60,991 nucleotides of DNA from positions 1 to 60,991 of the forward strand of contig JBJLEC010000002.1 in the NCBI GenBank assembly GCA_045566115.1, given 5' to 3'. The translations under genes were made by a program, and so were the position numbers. Source of the DNA: Candidatus Pelagibacter sp. Lineage in GTDB: Bacteria > Pseudomonadota > Alphaproteobacteria > Pelagibacterales > Pelagibacteraceae. Below are positions 34,716-44,756 of the stretch, piece after piece. The stretch's first letter is position 1; every line of letters begins with the position of its first letter. The notes beneath the pieces were generated by a model. That model was not told where the DNA came from and ran no database searches. It saw nothing but the letters and a program-made list of their open reading frames with translations.

Positions 34716-35180
34716 TCAAGTATTTTCTTTTGTTAAGTAATCTAATGCTCCTTGCAATATAAATTGAGCAGAGTTTTGATCTAGTTTGTCAACTTTTTTA
34801 CTCGTATTAACGCCGAAATCATTGGATAAATTGAACGCTCCTTGACTGGATAGTCTCTCATCCCACATTGTGATATTTTCAGTAATATCTTTTGATAAAT
34901 TTATGGCTAAATCTTTAGCTGCCTGTGACGATCGACTTAAACTACCATCCATGTTTATTGGATTTCCAATAATTATCCCCTTTATTTGATTTTCTTTAAC
35001 AATGTTAATTAATTCGGCAGCAAAATCTGAATATTTGTTTTTTATTAAAGTTGTATAAGGTGTTGCTATAATTTTGTTCTCATCTGAAATGGCTATTCCG
35101 ATCCTTTTACCACCGGGGTCAATTCCCATTAACCTAGACTTTTTAGGGAGTTTTTTCTTAAAATCTTCAATATCAAGCAT
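34716..35180 (-). CDS. yqgF: YqgF/RuvX pre-16S rRNA nuclease
   Basis: GIDPG.KRIGIAISD, G.P.NMDG, WDERLSS. Confidence 0.95.
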   Translation of the reverse strand: MLDIEDFKKKLPKKSRLMGIDPGGKRIGIAISDENKIIATPYTTLIKNKYSDFAAELINIVKENQIKGIIIGNPINMDGSLSRSSQAAKDLAINLSKDITENITMWDERLSSQGAFNLSNDFGVNTSKKVDKLDQNSAQFILQGALDYLTKENT

Positions 35181-35233
35181 GTTTATGTTATGTTTATTCT
35201 ATTAATTTCCTGTAAAATTAACATAATTCACAA

Positions 35234-35521
35234 ATGTCTATAGATAAAGATAAAATTAAACATGTCAGTAAACTAGCCAGAATTTCAGTAGATGAAAAGA
35301 AAATTGATGGTTTAACTAAAGATCTAACTTCTATATTCAAATTTATTGAACAACTTAATGAATTAAATACAGAAAAAGTTAAACCTCTTTCATCAATTTT
35401 AAACGAGCCATTGAGATCAAGAGAAGATAAAATTGATGATGGAAAAATGAGAGACAAAATATTAGAAAATTCACCCAAAAAAAATGAGGAATTTTTTGTT
35501 GTTCCAAAGGTGATAGAATAA
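35234..35521 (+). CDS. gatC: Asp/Glu-tRNA amidotransferase subunit C
   Basis: KLARI, FF.VPKVIE, upstream of gatA. Confidence 0.97.
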   Translation: MSIDKDKIKHVSKLARISVDEKKIDGLTKDLTSIFKFIEQLNELNTEKVKPLSSILNEPLRSREDKIDDGKMRDKILENSPKKNEEFFVVPKVIE

Positions 35522-36981
35522 TGTCAGATATAACCAAAAAAAGTTTAACTGAGATAATTAGATTAATAAAAAAAAAAGAGATTAAATCTGTAGAAGTAAC
35601 TACATCATTTATAGATAATATTAAAAATGATAAGAAATTAAATTCTTTTATTACTAACTGCAATGAGCAAGCTTTAGAAAAAGCGAAAAGTTTTGACAAA
35701 AACCCTAAACTTGACCAATTATTACCTGGCGTTCCAATAGCTGTTAAAGATTTATTTTGTACAAATGGAACTAAAACAACCGCAGGAAGTAAAATGTTGG
35801 AAAATTTTATTCCTAATTACGAGTCTACTATTACAAATAACCTATGGAACGAAGGAGCTTTTTTATTAGGTAAATTAAATTGTGATGAGTATGCAATGGG
35901 ATCATCAAATGAAACAAGTTATTTTGGGAACGTAATGAATCCAATTGCAGAAAATACCGTTCCCGGTGGCTCATCAGGTGGATCTGCTAGTGCATTAGCA
36001 GCAGAACTTACCCCAACAACAATTGGAACTGACACAGGTGGATCGATAAGACAACCAGCTTCATTCACGGGAACTGTTGGTTTAAAACCAACTTATGGCT
36101 TATGCTCTAGATGGGGAATAGTTGCTTTTGCTTCATCCCTTGATCAAGCAGGGCCGATGACAAAAACTGTTGAAGATTGTGCTTTAATGTTAGAAGCAAT
36201 GGCTGGATTTGATAAAAAAGATTCAACTTCAATAAATAAAAAAAAAGAAAATTATTCTAAAAATTTAACAGATAATATTAAAGGTCTTAAAATTGGTATA
36301 CCTAAAGAATATCGAGTTGATGGTATGCCAAAAGAGATAGATAAACTTTGGGAAAGTGGAAAATCTTTACTGAAAGACGCAGGCGCAGAAATTATTGATA
36401 TCTCATTACCAAATACAAAGTATGCTTTGCCTACTTATTATATAGTAGCGCCTGCTGAAGCATCTTCAAACTTAGCTAGATACGATGGTGTAAAATATGG
36501 TTTTAGATCATCTAAAGGAAATAATCTCATAGAGATGTACGAAAATACAAGATCAGAAGGATTTGGTGATGAAGTAAAAAGAAGAATTTTAATTGGAACT
36601 TATGTTCTTTCGTCAGGTTATTATGATGCTTATTACATTAAAGCTCAAAAAGTTCGACAACTGATTAAAAATGATTTTGATCAGTCATTTAAAAAAGTTG
36701 ATGCTATACTAACCCCTTCAACACCGAGTGCAGCTTTTAAGATAGGTGAAAAGAAAGATGACCCTATATCAATGTACTTGAATGATATCTTTACTGTTCC
36801 AGTTAATTTAGCGGGAATACCGGCAATTTCTATACCAGCAGGTTTTGATCAAAACAAATATCCGCTAGGGCTACAACTAATAGGCAATACTTTAGAGGAA
36901 CAAAAATTATTAAATATTGCTTTTGCAGCTGAGAAAAAAATAAACTTTAAACAAGATTTAAATAAATGGTGGGAAAAATAA
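35521..36981 (+). CDS. gatA: Asp/Glu-tRNA amidotransferase subunit A
   Basis: [41 protein letters not shown]. Confidence 0.99.
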   Translation: MSDITKKSLTEIIRLIKKKEIKSVEVTTSFIDNIKNDKKLNSFITNCNEQALEKAKSFDKNPKLDQLLPGVPIAVKDLFCTNGTKTTAGSKMLENFIPNYESTITNNLWNEGAFLLGKLNCDEYAMGSSNETSYFGNVMNPIAENTVPGGSSGGSASALAAELTPTTIGTDTGGSIRQPASFTGTVGLKPTYGLCSRWGIVAFASSLDQAGPMTKTVEDCALMLEAMAGFDKKDSTSINKKKENYSKNLTDNIKGLKIGIPKEYRVDGMPKEIDKLWESGKSLLKDAGAEIIDISLPNTKYALPTYYIVAPAEASSNLARYDGVKYGFRSSKGNNLIEMYENTRSEGFGDEVKRRILIGTYVLSSGYYDAYYIKAQKVRQLIKNDFDQSFKKVDAILTPSTPSAAFKIGEKKDDPISMYLNDIFTVPVNLAGIPAISIPAGFDQNKYPLGLQLIGNTLEEQKLLNIAFAAEKKINFKQDLNKWWEK

Positions 36982-38447
36982 TGAGTAAAGAAAATAGTAA
37001 TTTTTTAATTGATGGTGAAAAAGGGAAATGGGAAGTCGTAATCGGTCTTGAAGTACATGCTCAAGTTACATCAAATTCAAAACTTTTTTCAGGATCATCG
37101 ACTAAATTTGGAGCTGAACCTAACACACAAGTAAGTTTAGTAGACTCAGCTTTTCCTGGAATGCTTCCTGTAATAAATGAGTATTGCGTTAAACAAGCAG
37201 TTAAAACTGGACTTGGTTTGAATGCAAAAATAAATCCATATTCTGTTTTTGATAGAAAAAATTATTTTTATGCAGATTTGCCTCAAGGTTATCAAATATC
37301 TCAATTTAAACACCCAATAGTTGGGGAAGGTGAAATAACACTAGACCTACCAAACGGTAGCAAAAAAGTAGGTATAGAAAGATTACACCTAGAGCAAGAT
37401 GCAGGAAAAAGTATTCACGATTTAGATCCCAGTAATACTTTCGTAGATTTAAATCGATCAGGAGTAGCCCTGATGGAAATTGTAAGTAAACCAGACATGC
37501 GATCACCTGATGAAGTAAACGCATATGTAAAAAAACTTAGATCAATTATGAGATATCTCGGTACCTGCGATGGAAATATGCAAGAAGGTTCTTTGAGAGC
37601 AGATGTAAATGTTTCTGTTAGAAAAGAAGGGGATAAAAAATTAGGCACTAGGTGTGAGATTAAAAATGTAAATTCAATTAAATTTATGCAAATGGCTATA
37701 ATTTATGAAGCACAGAGACAAGTTGAATTATTAGAGTCTGGTAAAGCAATTGATCAAGAAACTAGATTATTTGACACAAAAAAAAATGAAACTAGATCAA
37801 TGAGATCCAAAGAAGATGCTCATGATTATAGATATTTTCCTGACCCTGACTTACTTCCATTAAGCTTAGACATTAAATTAATAGAAAAAATTAAGAAAGA
37901 TTTGCCTGAACTACCAGATCAAAAAAAAGAGCGATTTATAAAAGATTATTCATTAAGCGCGTACGAAGCTAATGTTTTGGTTTCAGAAAAAGAAATATCA
38001 GATTATTTTGAAGAAGTTGTTAAAACTTCAGATATTAAATTAGCTAAAAATTGGATTATGGGTGATTTTTTTGCATCCTTAAACGAAAAAAATATTTCAA
38101 TTTCAGAGTCACCTGTAACTGCCAAAAAAATGGCTCAGCTAATTGATTCTATTAGCTCAGGTACTATTTCAGGAAGAACAGCCAAAGAAGTGTTTGAAAT
38201 AATGAAAGAAACAGGTGAAGAGCCAAATAAAATAATTGAAAGTAAAGGCCTGCAGCAGAAAAGTGATCCTAAAGAACTAGAGGGTATAATTGATAATGTG
38301 ATATCAGAAAATAAAGATAAGGTTGAACAATATAAATCTGGAAAAGATAAATTATTTGGTTTTTTTGTTGGTCAAGTTATGAAAGTTTCAGGTGGTAAAG
38401 CTAATCCTCAATTAGTTAACGATATTCTTAAAAAAAAACTTAAATAA
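36981..38447 (+). CDS. gatB: Asp/Glu-tRNA amidotransferase subunit B
   Basis: [36 protein letters not shown] 36981 overlaps the gatA stop. Confidence 0.99.
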   Translation: MSKENSNFLIDGEKGKWEVVIGLEVHAQVTSNSKLFSGSSTKFGAEPNTQVSLVDSAFPGMLPVINEYCVKQAVKTGLGLNAKINPYSVFDRKNYFYADLPQGYQISQFKHPIVGEGEITLDLPNGSKKVGIERLHLEQDAGKSIHDLDPSNTFVDLNRSGVALMEIVSKPDMRSPDEVNAYVKKLRSIMRYLGTCDGNMQEGSLRADVNVSVRKEGDKKLGTRCEIKNVNSIKFMQMAIIYEAQRQVELLESGKAIDQETRLFDTKKNETRSMRSKEDAHDYRYFPDPDLLPLSLDIKLIEKIKKDLPELPDQKKERFIKDYSLSAYEANVLVSEKEISDYFEEVVKTSDIKLAKNWIMGDFFASLNEKNISISESPVTAKKMAQLIDSISSGTISGRTAKEVFEIMKETGEEPNKIIESKGLQQKSDPKELEGIIDNVISENKDKVEQYKSGKDKLFGFFVGQVMKVSGGKANPQLVNDILKKKLK

Positions 38448-38449
38448 TA

Positions 38450-39106
38450 ATGGGTAAAGACCTTGATATTAATAATAAAATACAAACCTATATTCAGAAT
38501 TTAAGTCAACCCCTTCATCCTATTCAAAAAGAAATAATTGCTTACAACGAAACCCTTGGTGATATTAAAAGGATGCAAATTTCTGTATCCCAATGTCATT
38601 TTCTTCATTTGATGATTAAAACTTGTAATGCAAAAAATATACTTGAGATAGGAACTTTTACAGGACTGAGCACTTTATCAATGTCCTTAGCTCTATCAGA
38701 TGAAGGCTCCATAATAGCTTTAGATAAAAATCTAGAAACCAATAAAATAGCATTAGATTTTTTTAATAAAGCTAATCAAGGTAAAAAGATTAAAACTATT
38801 GTAAAACCAGCATTAGATTCATTAAATGATATTAAAAAAGAAAATATCCTTTTTGATATTGTATTTATTGACGCTGATAAAACTAATTATACTAATTATT
38901 ACGAAAGTGTAATTCAATTAATTAAAAAAGACGGTTTAATTATTATAGATAATGTTTTGTGGCATGGAGAAGTAGCTGATGAAAATAATAACGAAAAATT
39001 TACAAATATTATTAGAGAATTTAATACACATGTAAAAAATGACAACAGAGTTGAACAAATCATCTTACCCATTGGTGATGGCTTGACTGTTTGTAGAAAG
39101 TTATAA
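38450..39106 (+). CDS. SAM- and metal-dependent O-methyltransferase (Methyltransf_3, CCoAOMT/TrmR-like)
   Basis: ILEIGTFTG.S, FIDADK.NY, DNVLWHG, PIGDGLT. Confidence 0.92.
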   Translation: MGKDLDINNKIQTYIQNLSQPLHPIQKEIIAYNETLGDIKRMQISVSQCHFLHLMIKTCNAKNILEIGTFTGLSTLSMSLALSDEGSIIALDKNLETNKIALDFFNKANQGKKIKTIVKPALDSLNDIKKENILFDIVFIDADKTNYTNYYESVIQLIKKDGLIIIDNVLWHGEVADENNNEKFTNIIREFNTHVKNDNRVEQIILPIGDGLTVCRKL

Positions 39107-40011
39107 TGTTTACAGTTTTAGGTTTTTATAAGTTTAAAAAATTAGATCAACTAAGTAAAAAAAAGATTTTTCTTCAAAAATATTTTATCGAAAATAATAT
39201 TAAAGGAACTTTAATACTTTCAAAGGAGGGTATTAACGGAACTATATCAGGTAAATCTATAAATATTTCCTATATCAACAAGAAGATTAAATCTTTTTTG
39301 AGGTTTAGTAAGTTTGATAGTGAAAATCTTTCTAAGAGTAATTTTCAACCATTTCACAAACCTAAAGTTAAGATAAAAAAAGAAGTTGTGCCTATGGGTT
39401 TAAAAATCTTACCTAAAGCTAAAAAGGACAATCATTTAACCCCTTCTAAATGGAACAATCTTATAAAAAACAAAAACACTCTCGTACTAGATGCCAGAAA
39501 ACCCTTTGAATATGAAGTTGGCACCTTCAAAAAAGCTATTAATCCTAATGTTAAACATTTTAGAGAATTTCCTAAATACTTAAATAAATTAGATAAAAAA
39601 AAACCAGTTGCCATGTTTTGCACTGGTGGAATTAGATGTGAAAAGGCTTCGGTATATTTAAATCAAAATGGTTTTAAAAATGTATTTCAATTAAAAGGTG
39701 GAATCCTAAATTATTTTAAAAGAATTAATAAAAAAGATAGTTTGTGGAAAGGTGAGTGCTTTGTTTTTGATAATAGAGTTTCTGTCAGACACAATCTCTC
39801 AGTAGGTTCATACACTATTTGCAGTGGCTGTAGAAATCCCATTTCATTAAAAGATAAAAAATCAAAAAAGTACGAAACAGGAGTTTCATGTCCTAGATGT
39901 TATGACACACTAACTAACACACAGAAAAGTAGATTTAGAATGAGACAAAAGCAGATTATGCTTGCTAAGAAAGCTGGAAGGAAGCATATATTCCAAAAAG
40001 AATTTAAATAG
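39106..40011 (+). CDS. trhO: tRNA uridine(34) hydroxylase TrhO (UPF0176 rhodanese family)
   Basis: FYKF, KGTLILS.EGINGT, K.K.KKEVV.MG, FCTGGIRCEKAS, LKGGIL.Y, W.GECFVFD.RVSV. Confidence 0.93.
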   Translation: MFTVLGFYKFKKLDQLSKKKIFLQKYFIENNIKGTLILSKEGINGTISGKSINISYINKKIKSFLRFSKFDSENLSKSNFQPFHKPKVKIKKEVVPMGLKILPKAKKDNHLTPSKWNNLIKNKNTLVLDARKPFEYEVGTFKKAINPNVKHFREFPKYLNKLDKKKPVAMFCTGGIRCEKASVYLNQNGFKNVFQLKGGILNYFKRINKKDSLWKGECFVFDNRVSVRHNLSVGSYTICSGCRNPISLKDKKSKKYETGVSCPRCYDTLTNTQKSRFRMRQKQIMLAKKAGRKHIFQKEFK

Positions 40012-40018
40012 GAAAAAA

Positions 40019-41392
40019 TTGTCTAAAAAATTAAACTTAACTAAAGATCCAATTTGGTACTTGCTTGGAAAAGTAACTGTGCCTGCTAGCGTAGGATCTT
40101 TATTTCAAACTTTTTATAATTTAGTAGATACGTGGTTTGCAGGTAAAATATCTGCTGAAGCTATAGGAGCAATAGCAAAGTCATTCCCAATATATTTTGT
40201 AATAATAGCTGTTGGGGTTGGTATTGGTGCTGCAACAAACGCAAGTATTGGTAATTTATTAGGAGCAAAAAAAGACAATCAAGCCTCATTACTTGTTGCT
40301 CAATCAATAATTTTTGCAATTGTAATATCTATCATTGTTACTTTATTTGGGCTAAATGCTTCTGATTTTCTATTAACAATAATGGGGTCCGATCTCAAAA
40401 GTATTATTCTAACTAGAGAATATCTGGATATTATTTTTTACGGTACTTTTATTGTAATGATTCAAATTTCTTTAAATGGAACTTTGAATGCCCAAGGTGA
40501 TACAAAAAGCTACAGGAATGTTTTAATTTTTAGTTTCTTTTTAAATATAATTTTAAATCCTATATTTATTTGGGGGTATGGTTTTATCCCAGCTTTTGGA
40601 ATTGGTGGACTTGCAATAGCTACAGTTATATCTCAATTGATAGGAACTCTTTATTTAGCTTACAAAGTTAATTCATGTAAATTAAGAAAATATTTATATA
40701 TTCAATGTTTTATTCCTAAATATACATTAATGAGAGATTTATTATCTCAAGCTGTGCCAATAATGTTTAGCATGTTATTTATAGGTGTTGGTATTTTCAA
40801 TATTTTATATTTCATAGGCCAATTCGGTGAGCTAGCAACAGCAGGGTATGGTGCAGCCTTAAGAGTTGAACAAGTCTTTTTATTACCAGTCATTGGTTTA
40901 AATACAGCTGTTCTTTCTATTGGAGGTCAAAATTTTGGTGCAAAAGAATTTTATAGAATAAAAGAGCTGTATTCAAAAGCGCTTCTATTCGGATGTTCAT
41001 TCATGGCTGCTGCAGGAATAATTCTATTTTTTGGTGCAGAATTTTTTGTTTCTCAATTTACAAATAATTCTGAAGCAATATATCATGGCGCTATTTATCT
41101 TAAAATTGCTGCCTTGATAGGACCAATTTACCCTGTATTTTTTATTACTACTGCAGTATTTCAGGCTCTTAAAAAATCAATTTATAGTCTTTATTTGAGC
41201 ATTCTTCGATTAACAGCATTGCCATTTTTATCTTTATGGTATGTGATCAATATTAGAGGAGGAGACTATAATGATATATTCTATACCATAATGGCTACAA
41301 ATTGGTTAATGGGATTAGCTGTTTTAATTTTTATTCCATTTTTCTTTAGAAAAAAATTTAGGATGAGTTTTAAAAAATTATTTGTATTTTAA
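40019..41392 (+). CDS. MATE-family efflux transporter
   Basis: YNLVDTWF.G, NIILNPIFI.G...P.FGI.G.A.AT, many TM segments. TTG start at 40019 after AGGA. Confidence 0.92.
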   Translation: MSKKLNLTKDPIWYLLGKVTVPASVGSLFQTFYNLVDTWFAGKISAEAIGAIAKSFPIYFVIIAVGVGIGAATNASIGNLLGAKKDNQASLLVAQSIIFAIVISIIVTLFGLNASDFLLTIMGSDLKSIILTREYLDIIFYGTFIVMIQISLNGTLNAQGDTKSYRNVLIFSFFLNIILNPIFIWGYGFIPAFGIGGLAIATVISQLIGTLYLAYKVNSCKLRKYLYIQCFIPKYTLMRDLLSQAVPIMFSMLFIGVGIFNILYFIGQFGELATAGYGAALRVEQVFLLPVIGLNTAVLSIGGQNFGAKEFYRIKELYSKALLFGCSFMAAAGIILFFGAEFFVSQFTNNSEAIYHGAIYLKIAALIGPIYPVFFITTAVFQALKKSIYSLYLSILRLTALPFLSLWYVINIRGGDYNDIFYTIMATNWLMGLAVLIFIPFFFRKKFRMSFKKLFVF

Positions 41393-42112
41393 TCTATTTT
41401 CAAGTTTCCGTACGTAATAAGAAACTATTAAAATTAAGATTAAATATTCTAAAATTAAAAAAGTATAAATTTCTAAAGGTCTGTAAGTTGTTGTAACCAA
41501 TTCATTAGCCTTTCTAGTTAAATCAGCTATTCCTATAATTGAAACCAGTGATGACATTTTTAAAACGTAAACAAATTGATTACCCAGAGCTGGTAAAACA
41601 ACCTTAATTGCCTGTGGAAGAATTACAAATCTCATTTTTTTCCAAAAATCCATTCCTAAAGATCCAGCAACCTCATGTTGCCCTTTATTAATCGAATTTA
41701 TTCCAGCTCTGAATATTTCAGCTTGAAAAGCACTTTCACTAATTGTTAGAGCAATAATACCGGATACAAAGGGTGAAAAACTTATTCCCATCATAATAGG
41801 TAAACCATAATAAATCCAAAGTATTAAAACTAACAATGGAATAGCTCGAACTATTTCAACATAAGCAATATTAAAATAACTTAAAAGTTTATTGTTTGAG
41901 AGAGAAGGTAGCGCAACAATTAACCCGATTATCATTGCAAGAATTATTGATATTACAGAAATATAAATTGTAGTAGTAATTCCGCTAATTAAAAATTTTA
42001 AATTAGTTAGACCTTCGACATTATTAGGACTTAATATATACCAACCCCATTCATAGTTTGTGCTACATCCTTGTAATAATAATAATAAAACGAAATATTT
42101 AATAAACTTCAC
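41378..42112 (-). CDS. Polar amino-acid ABC transporter permease (HisM family) with N-terminal lipobox-like segment
   Basis: RAIPLLV, SAFQAEIFRAGI.SI.KGQ.E EAA loop, ILPQA, LKMSSL. Confidence 0.93.
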   Translation of the reverse strand: MKFIKYFVLLLLLQGCSTNYEWGWYILSPNNVEGLTNLKFLISGITTTIYISVISIILAMIIGLIVALPSLSNNKLLSYFNIAYVEIVRAIPLLVLILWIYYGLPIMMGISFSPFVSGIIALTISESAFQAEIFRAGINSINKGQHEVAGSLGMDFWKKMRFVILPQAIKVVLPALGNQFVYVLKMSSLVSIIGIADLTRKANELVTTTYRPLEIYTFLILEYLILILIVSYYVRKLENRLKYK

Positions 42113-42153
42113 AGATTAATCATATTGGTTAATTGAAGTTATTTAAACTTAAA

Positions 42154-42921
42154 TTATAAGCTTTTGAGATTATATTTAGCTAATAAAGACTTGAAAAAGC
42201 CTGAAGCTTTTTTTTCTCTAATCCATTTACTAACATAATTATTCCAAGCTTTGTCTTTCTTCGGAACCATCATTGCTAAAAAAGCTGGATTTTTTTCACC
42301 ATCGTTAACTATTGTTAACTGAGGATATTTGATAACTAACTTATTTGCCTCTGTAGAACTTGTTATATTTCCGTCAGCTCTTCCAGCAAGAACTTCCTGG
42401 AAATCTCGAGCAGGTGCTTCAACTGATTTTAATTTAGATTTTGGAAAAAATTCTTTTGCCTTTTCTTCTTGAGATGTTCCTAATGTAGTAGCAATTGTTA
42501 CGTCTTTATTATTTAAAGATTTCCATGTTGAGAATTTTTTTGAATTTTTCTTTAATACTAATGGTACTGTACCATATTTATAATAAGTTTCTGTAAAACC
42601 AGCTACTTCTGCTCTTTTAGGTGTTTTAGTTACACTAGTTGAAATATCATATCTATCTGCCGTAATTCCAGCAACTATTGTTTTCCATTCTGCAGGAACA
42701 AATTTTACTTTTACACCCATATCTTTTGCTAATTCTCTCATTACATCAATATCAAATCCTTTATATTTGTTGGTAGCAGGATCTTTCATTGACATTGGAT
42801 CCCAATCACCAGTTGTGCCAACTCTTAGTTCACCGTTTTTTTTGATTGTTTGAAGTTTTGATTCTGCGCCAGCTGCAGTAGAGATGATTAATAGTGTAAT
42901 TATTGCAAAGATTTTTTTCAT
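42154..42921 (-). CDS. Family-3 solute-binding protein related to cyclohexadienyl dehydratase (SAR11_1068/Pu1068-like)
   Basis: Signal peptide, [18 protein letters not shown], upstream of the permease. Confidence 0.88.
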   Translation of the reverse strand: MKKIFAIITLLIISTAAGAESKLQTIKKNGELRVGTTGDWDPMSMKDPATNKYKGFDIDVMRELAKDMGVKVKFVPAEWKTIVAGITADRYDISTSVTKTPKRAEVAGFTETYYKYGTVPLVLKKNSKKFSTWKSLNNKDVTIATTLGTSQEEKAKEFFPKSKLKSVEAPARDFQEVLAGRADGNITSSTEANKLVIKYPQLTIVNDGEKNPAFLAMMVPKKDKAWNNYVSKWIREKKASGFFKSLLAKYNLKSL

Positions 42922-42980
42922 TATTATTTTTACTTAATTTATTTAATTAAATCCAAACGCATATTGACCCAATTAATAGC

Positions 42981-43010
42981 TTGACTATTAACATTAATTT
43001 AGACTATAAA
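42981..43010 (+). promoter_or_regulatory. Putative sigma70 promoter of umuDC
   Basis: TTGACT (42981-42986), 18 nt, TATAAA (43005-43010). Confidence 0.65.
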
Positions 43011-43025
43011 GAACAAAACAAGAAC
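43011..43025 (+). promoter_or_regulatory. Alphaproteobacterial LexA (SOS) box
   Basis: GAAC-AAAACAA-GAAC is an exact GAAC-N7-GAAC repeat between the -10 and the umuD ATG. Confidence 0.88.
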
Positions 43026-43028
43026 ATT

Positions 43029-43424
43029 ATGAAGCTTACAATACCATTTTATTTACACAAAGTAGGGGCTGGATTTCCTTCACCGGCAACAGACTATATT
43101 GAAGACGATATAGATTTAAATTCACATCTAATAACAAATGCACCAGCAACATTCATAATAAGAGTTCAAGGAAAGTCTATGGTTAATGTTGGTATTTATG
43201 ATGGTGATTTATTAATAGTAGATAAAAGTAAAGATCCAAGAAACTTTTCAACAGTGATAGCAAATATAAATGAAGAATTAGTTGTAAAGACTTTAATAAA
43301 AGAAAAAGGAATTAGCTACATTACCTCAGGCTCAAAAAATGTATCTGATAAAATCAATCTTACAGAAAACCCAGAAATAATAATTTGGGGAGTGGTAACC
43401 TATGTCATCCATAAACAACAGTAA
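43029..43424 (+). CDS. umuD: UmuD (S24 self-cleaving subunit of Pol V)
   Basis: Ala-Gly cleavage site in AGFPSPA.DY, catalytic G.SM and VK. ATG 43029 preferred because the ORF-track TTG is the -35 box. Confidence 0.93.
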   Translation: MKLTIPFYLHKVGAGFPSPATDYIEDDIDLNSHLITNAPATFIIRVQGKSMVNVGIYDGDLLIVDKSKDPRNFSTVIANINEELVVKTLIKEKGISYITSGSKNVSDKINLTENPEIIIWGVVTYVIHKQQ

Positions 43425-44682
43425 AAAAAATAAAATTGCATTAATAGATTGTAACTCTTTCTATGTTTCTTGTGAGAGATTATTCAACCCTAAAATAAAT
43501 AATAAACCAGTTGTTGTACTATCTAATAATGATGGCTGTGTAATTTCTAGATCAACAGAAGCAAAAAAACTTGGAATTAAAATGGGAGAACCATATTTTA
43601 AAGTTAAAGAACTTGTTACAAAAAATAAAGTTAATATTTTTTCTTCTAATTACGCATTATATGGAGATCTTTCTAGAAGAGTTATGAAAACATTAAAATC
43701 TTTTTCAGATAAAATTGAAATTTATTCAATAGATGAAGCATTCGTTGATTTATCTCATATTAAAGAAGAGGAAGTAGAAAATTATGGAAAAGAAATAAGA
43801 AAAAGAATTTTAAAATGGACTGGAATTCCAACTAGTGTTGGTATTGCAAATACAAAAACATTAAGTAAAGTTGCAAATCATATAGCTAAAAAAAATAAAA
43901 CAGGAGTTATTTATTTAGATAAAGATATAGATAGTTATCTAAAAAATTTTTATGTTTCTGATATTTGGGGAGTGGGTAAACAATTGTCAAAATTATACGA
44001 AAAAAATGGAATAACTACAGCATATCATTTAAAAAATATTTCTAACAGCTGGGTGAAAAAAAGTACAAACGTTTTAGGAGCCAGAACTGTAATGGAACTT
44101 AGAGGAATTCCTTGTGTTGATTTTGAAATAGAAGAAGTAAAAAGAAAAAGCTGTTGCGTTTCAAGATCATTTGGAAAAAAAGTTAAAAGTTTAGATAAAT
44201 TAAAAGAGTCAATAACAACTCATTGCTTAAATGCTGCTGAAAAAATTAGAAGCGATAGTCAAACAACAAGATCAATAACAATATATATAAGAACTAGTCC
44301 GTTCGATAAAAATAGAAAATACTATTCTAATTCAATAACTATCGATTTGCCCGTTGCAACAAATAATAGTCTAGAGTTAATAAAAGAAGCCATAAATGGT
44401 TTAAGTAAAATATATAAATATGGTTATTTCTATCAAAAAGCAGGAATTATCCTATCTAAATTAAGAGAAGCTGGTGAGAATGAATTTAATTTATTAGCTC
44501 CAATAATGGAAAAAAAGTCTAAAACTTTAATGCAAGCAATAGATTTTACGAATGCTAAATATGGAAGAAATTCTGTTAGCATAGCTCAAGCAGGAATTAA
44601 TAATAGTTGGAAAATGAGAAGAGAACATTCTTCAAAAATAGATACAGCTTCATTTGACTCATTACCAAAAATTAGTGTATAG
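43402..44682 (+). CDS. umuC: Y-family DNA polymerase V subunit UmuC
   Basis: [27 protein letters not shown]-terminal W.MRRE..S. Confidence 0.96.
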   Translation: MSSINNSKKNKIALIDCNSFYVSCERLFNPKINNKPVVVLSNNDGCVISRSTEAKKLGIKMGEPYFKVKELVTKNKVNIFSSNYALYGDLSRRVMKTLKSFSDKIEIYSIDEAFVDLSHIKEEEVENYGKEIRKRILKWTGIPTSVGIANTKTLSKVANHIAKKNKTGVIYLDKDIDSYLKNFYVSDIWGVGKQLSKLYEKNGITTAYHLKNISNSWVKKSTNVLGARTVMELRGIPCVDFEIEEVKRKSCCVSRSFGKKVKSLDKLKESITTHCLNAAEKIRSDSQTTRSITIYIRTSPFDKNRKYYSNSITIDLPVATNNSLELIKEAINGLSKIYKYGYFYQKAGIILSKLREAGENEFNLLAPIMEKKSKTLMQAIDFTNAKYGRNSVSIAQAGINNSWKMRREHSSKIDTASFDSLPKISV

Positions 44683-44683
44683 A
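44654..44683 (+). promoter_or_regulatory. Putative promoter for the riboswitch and symporter, inside the umuC 3' end
   Basis: TTGACT (44654-44659), 18 nt, TATAGA (44678-44683). Confidence 0.45.
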
Positions 44684-44687
44684 AGTT

Positions 44688-44756
44688 AACAACGGGGTGT
44701 CTAAAAGACTGAGATTATACCCGACGAACCTGGCCGGTAATTCAGTAAGGGAGAAA
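44688..44756 (+). ncRNA. TPP (THI-box) riboswitch-like element with atypical 3' half
   Basis: GGGGTGTCT-AAA-AGACTGAGA-TTAT-ACCC-GACGAACCTG...GGTAAT...AAGGGA. The SD (AGGGAG) is embedded in the 3' end. Confidence 0.82.

Noticed and set aside
42981-43028. umuD start at TTG 42981
   Set aside because: That TTG is part of the -35 box, and the extension would cover the promoter and LexA box.
44697-44756. 20-aa N-terminal extension of the symporter from GTG 44697
   Set aside because: It runs through the riboswitch. ATG 44757 follows the SD.
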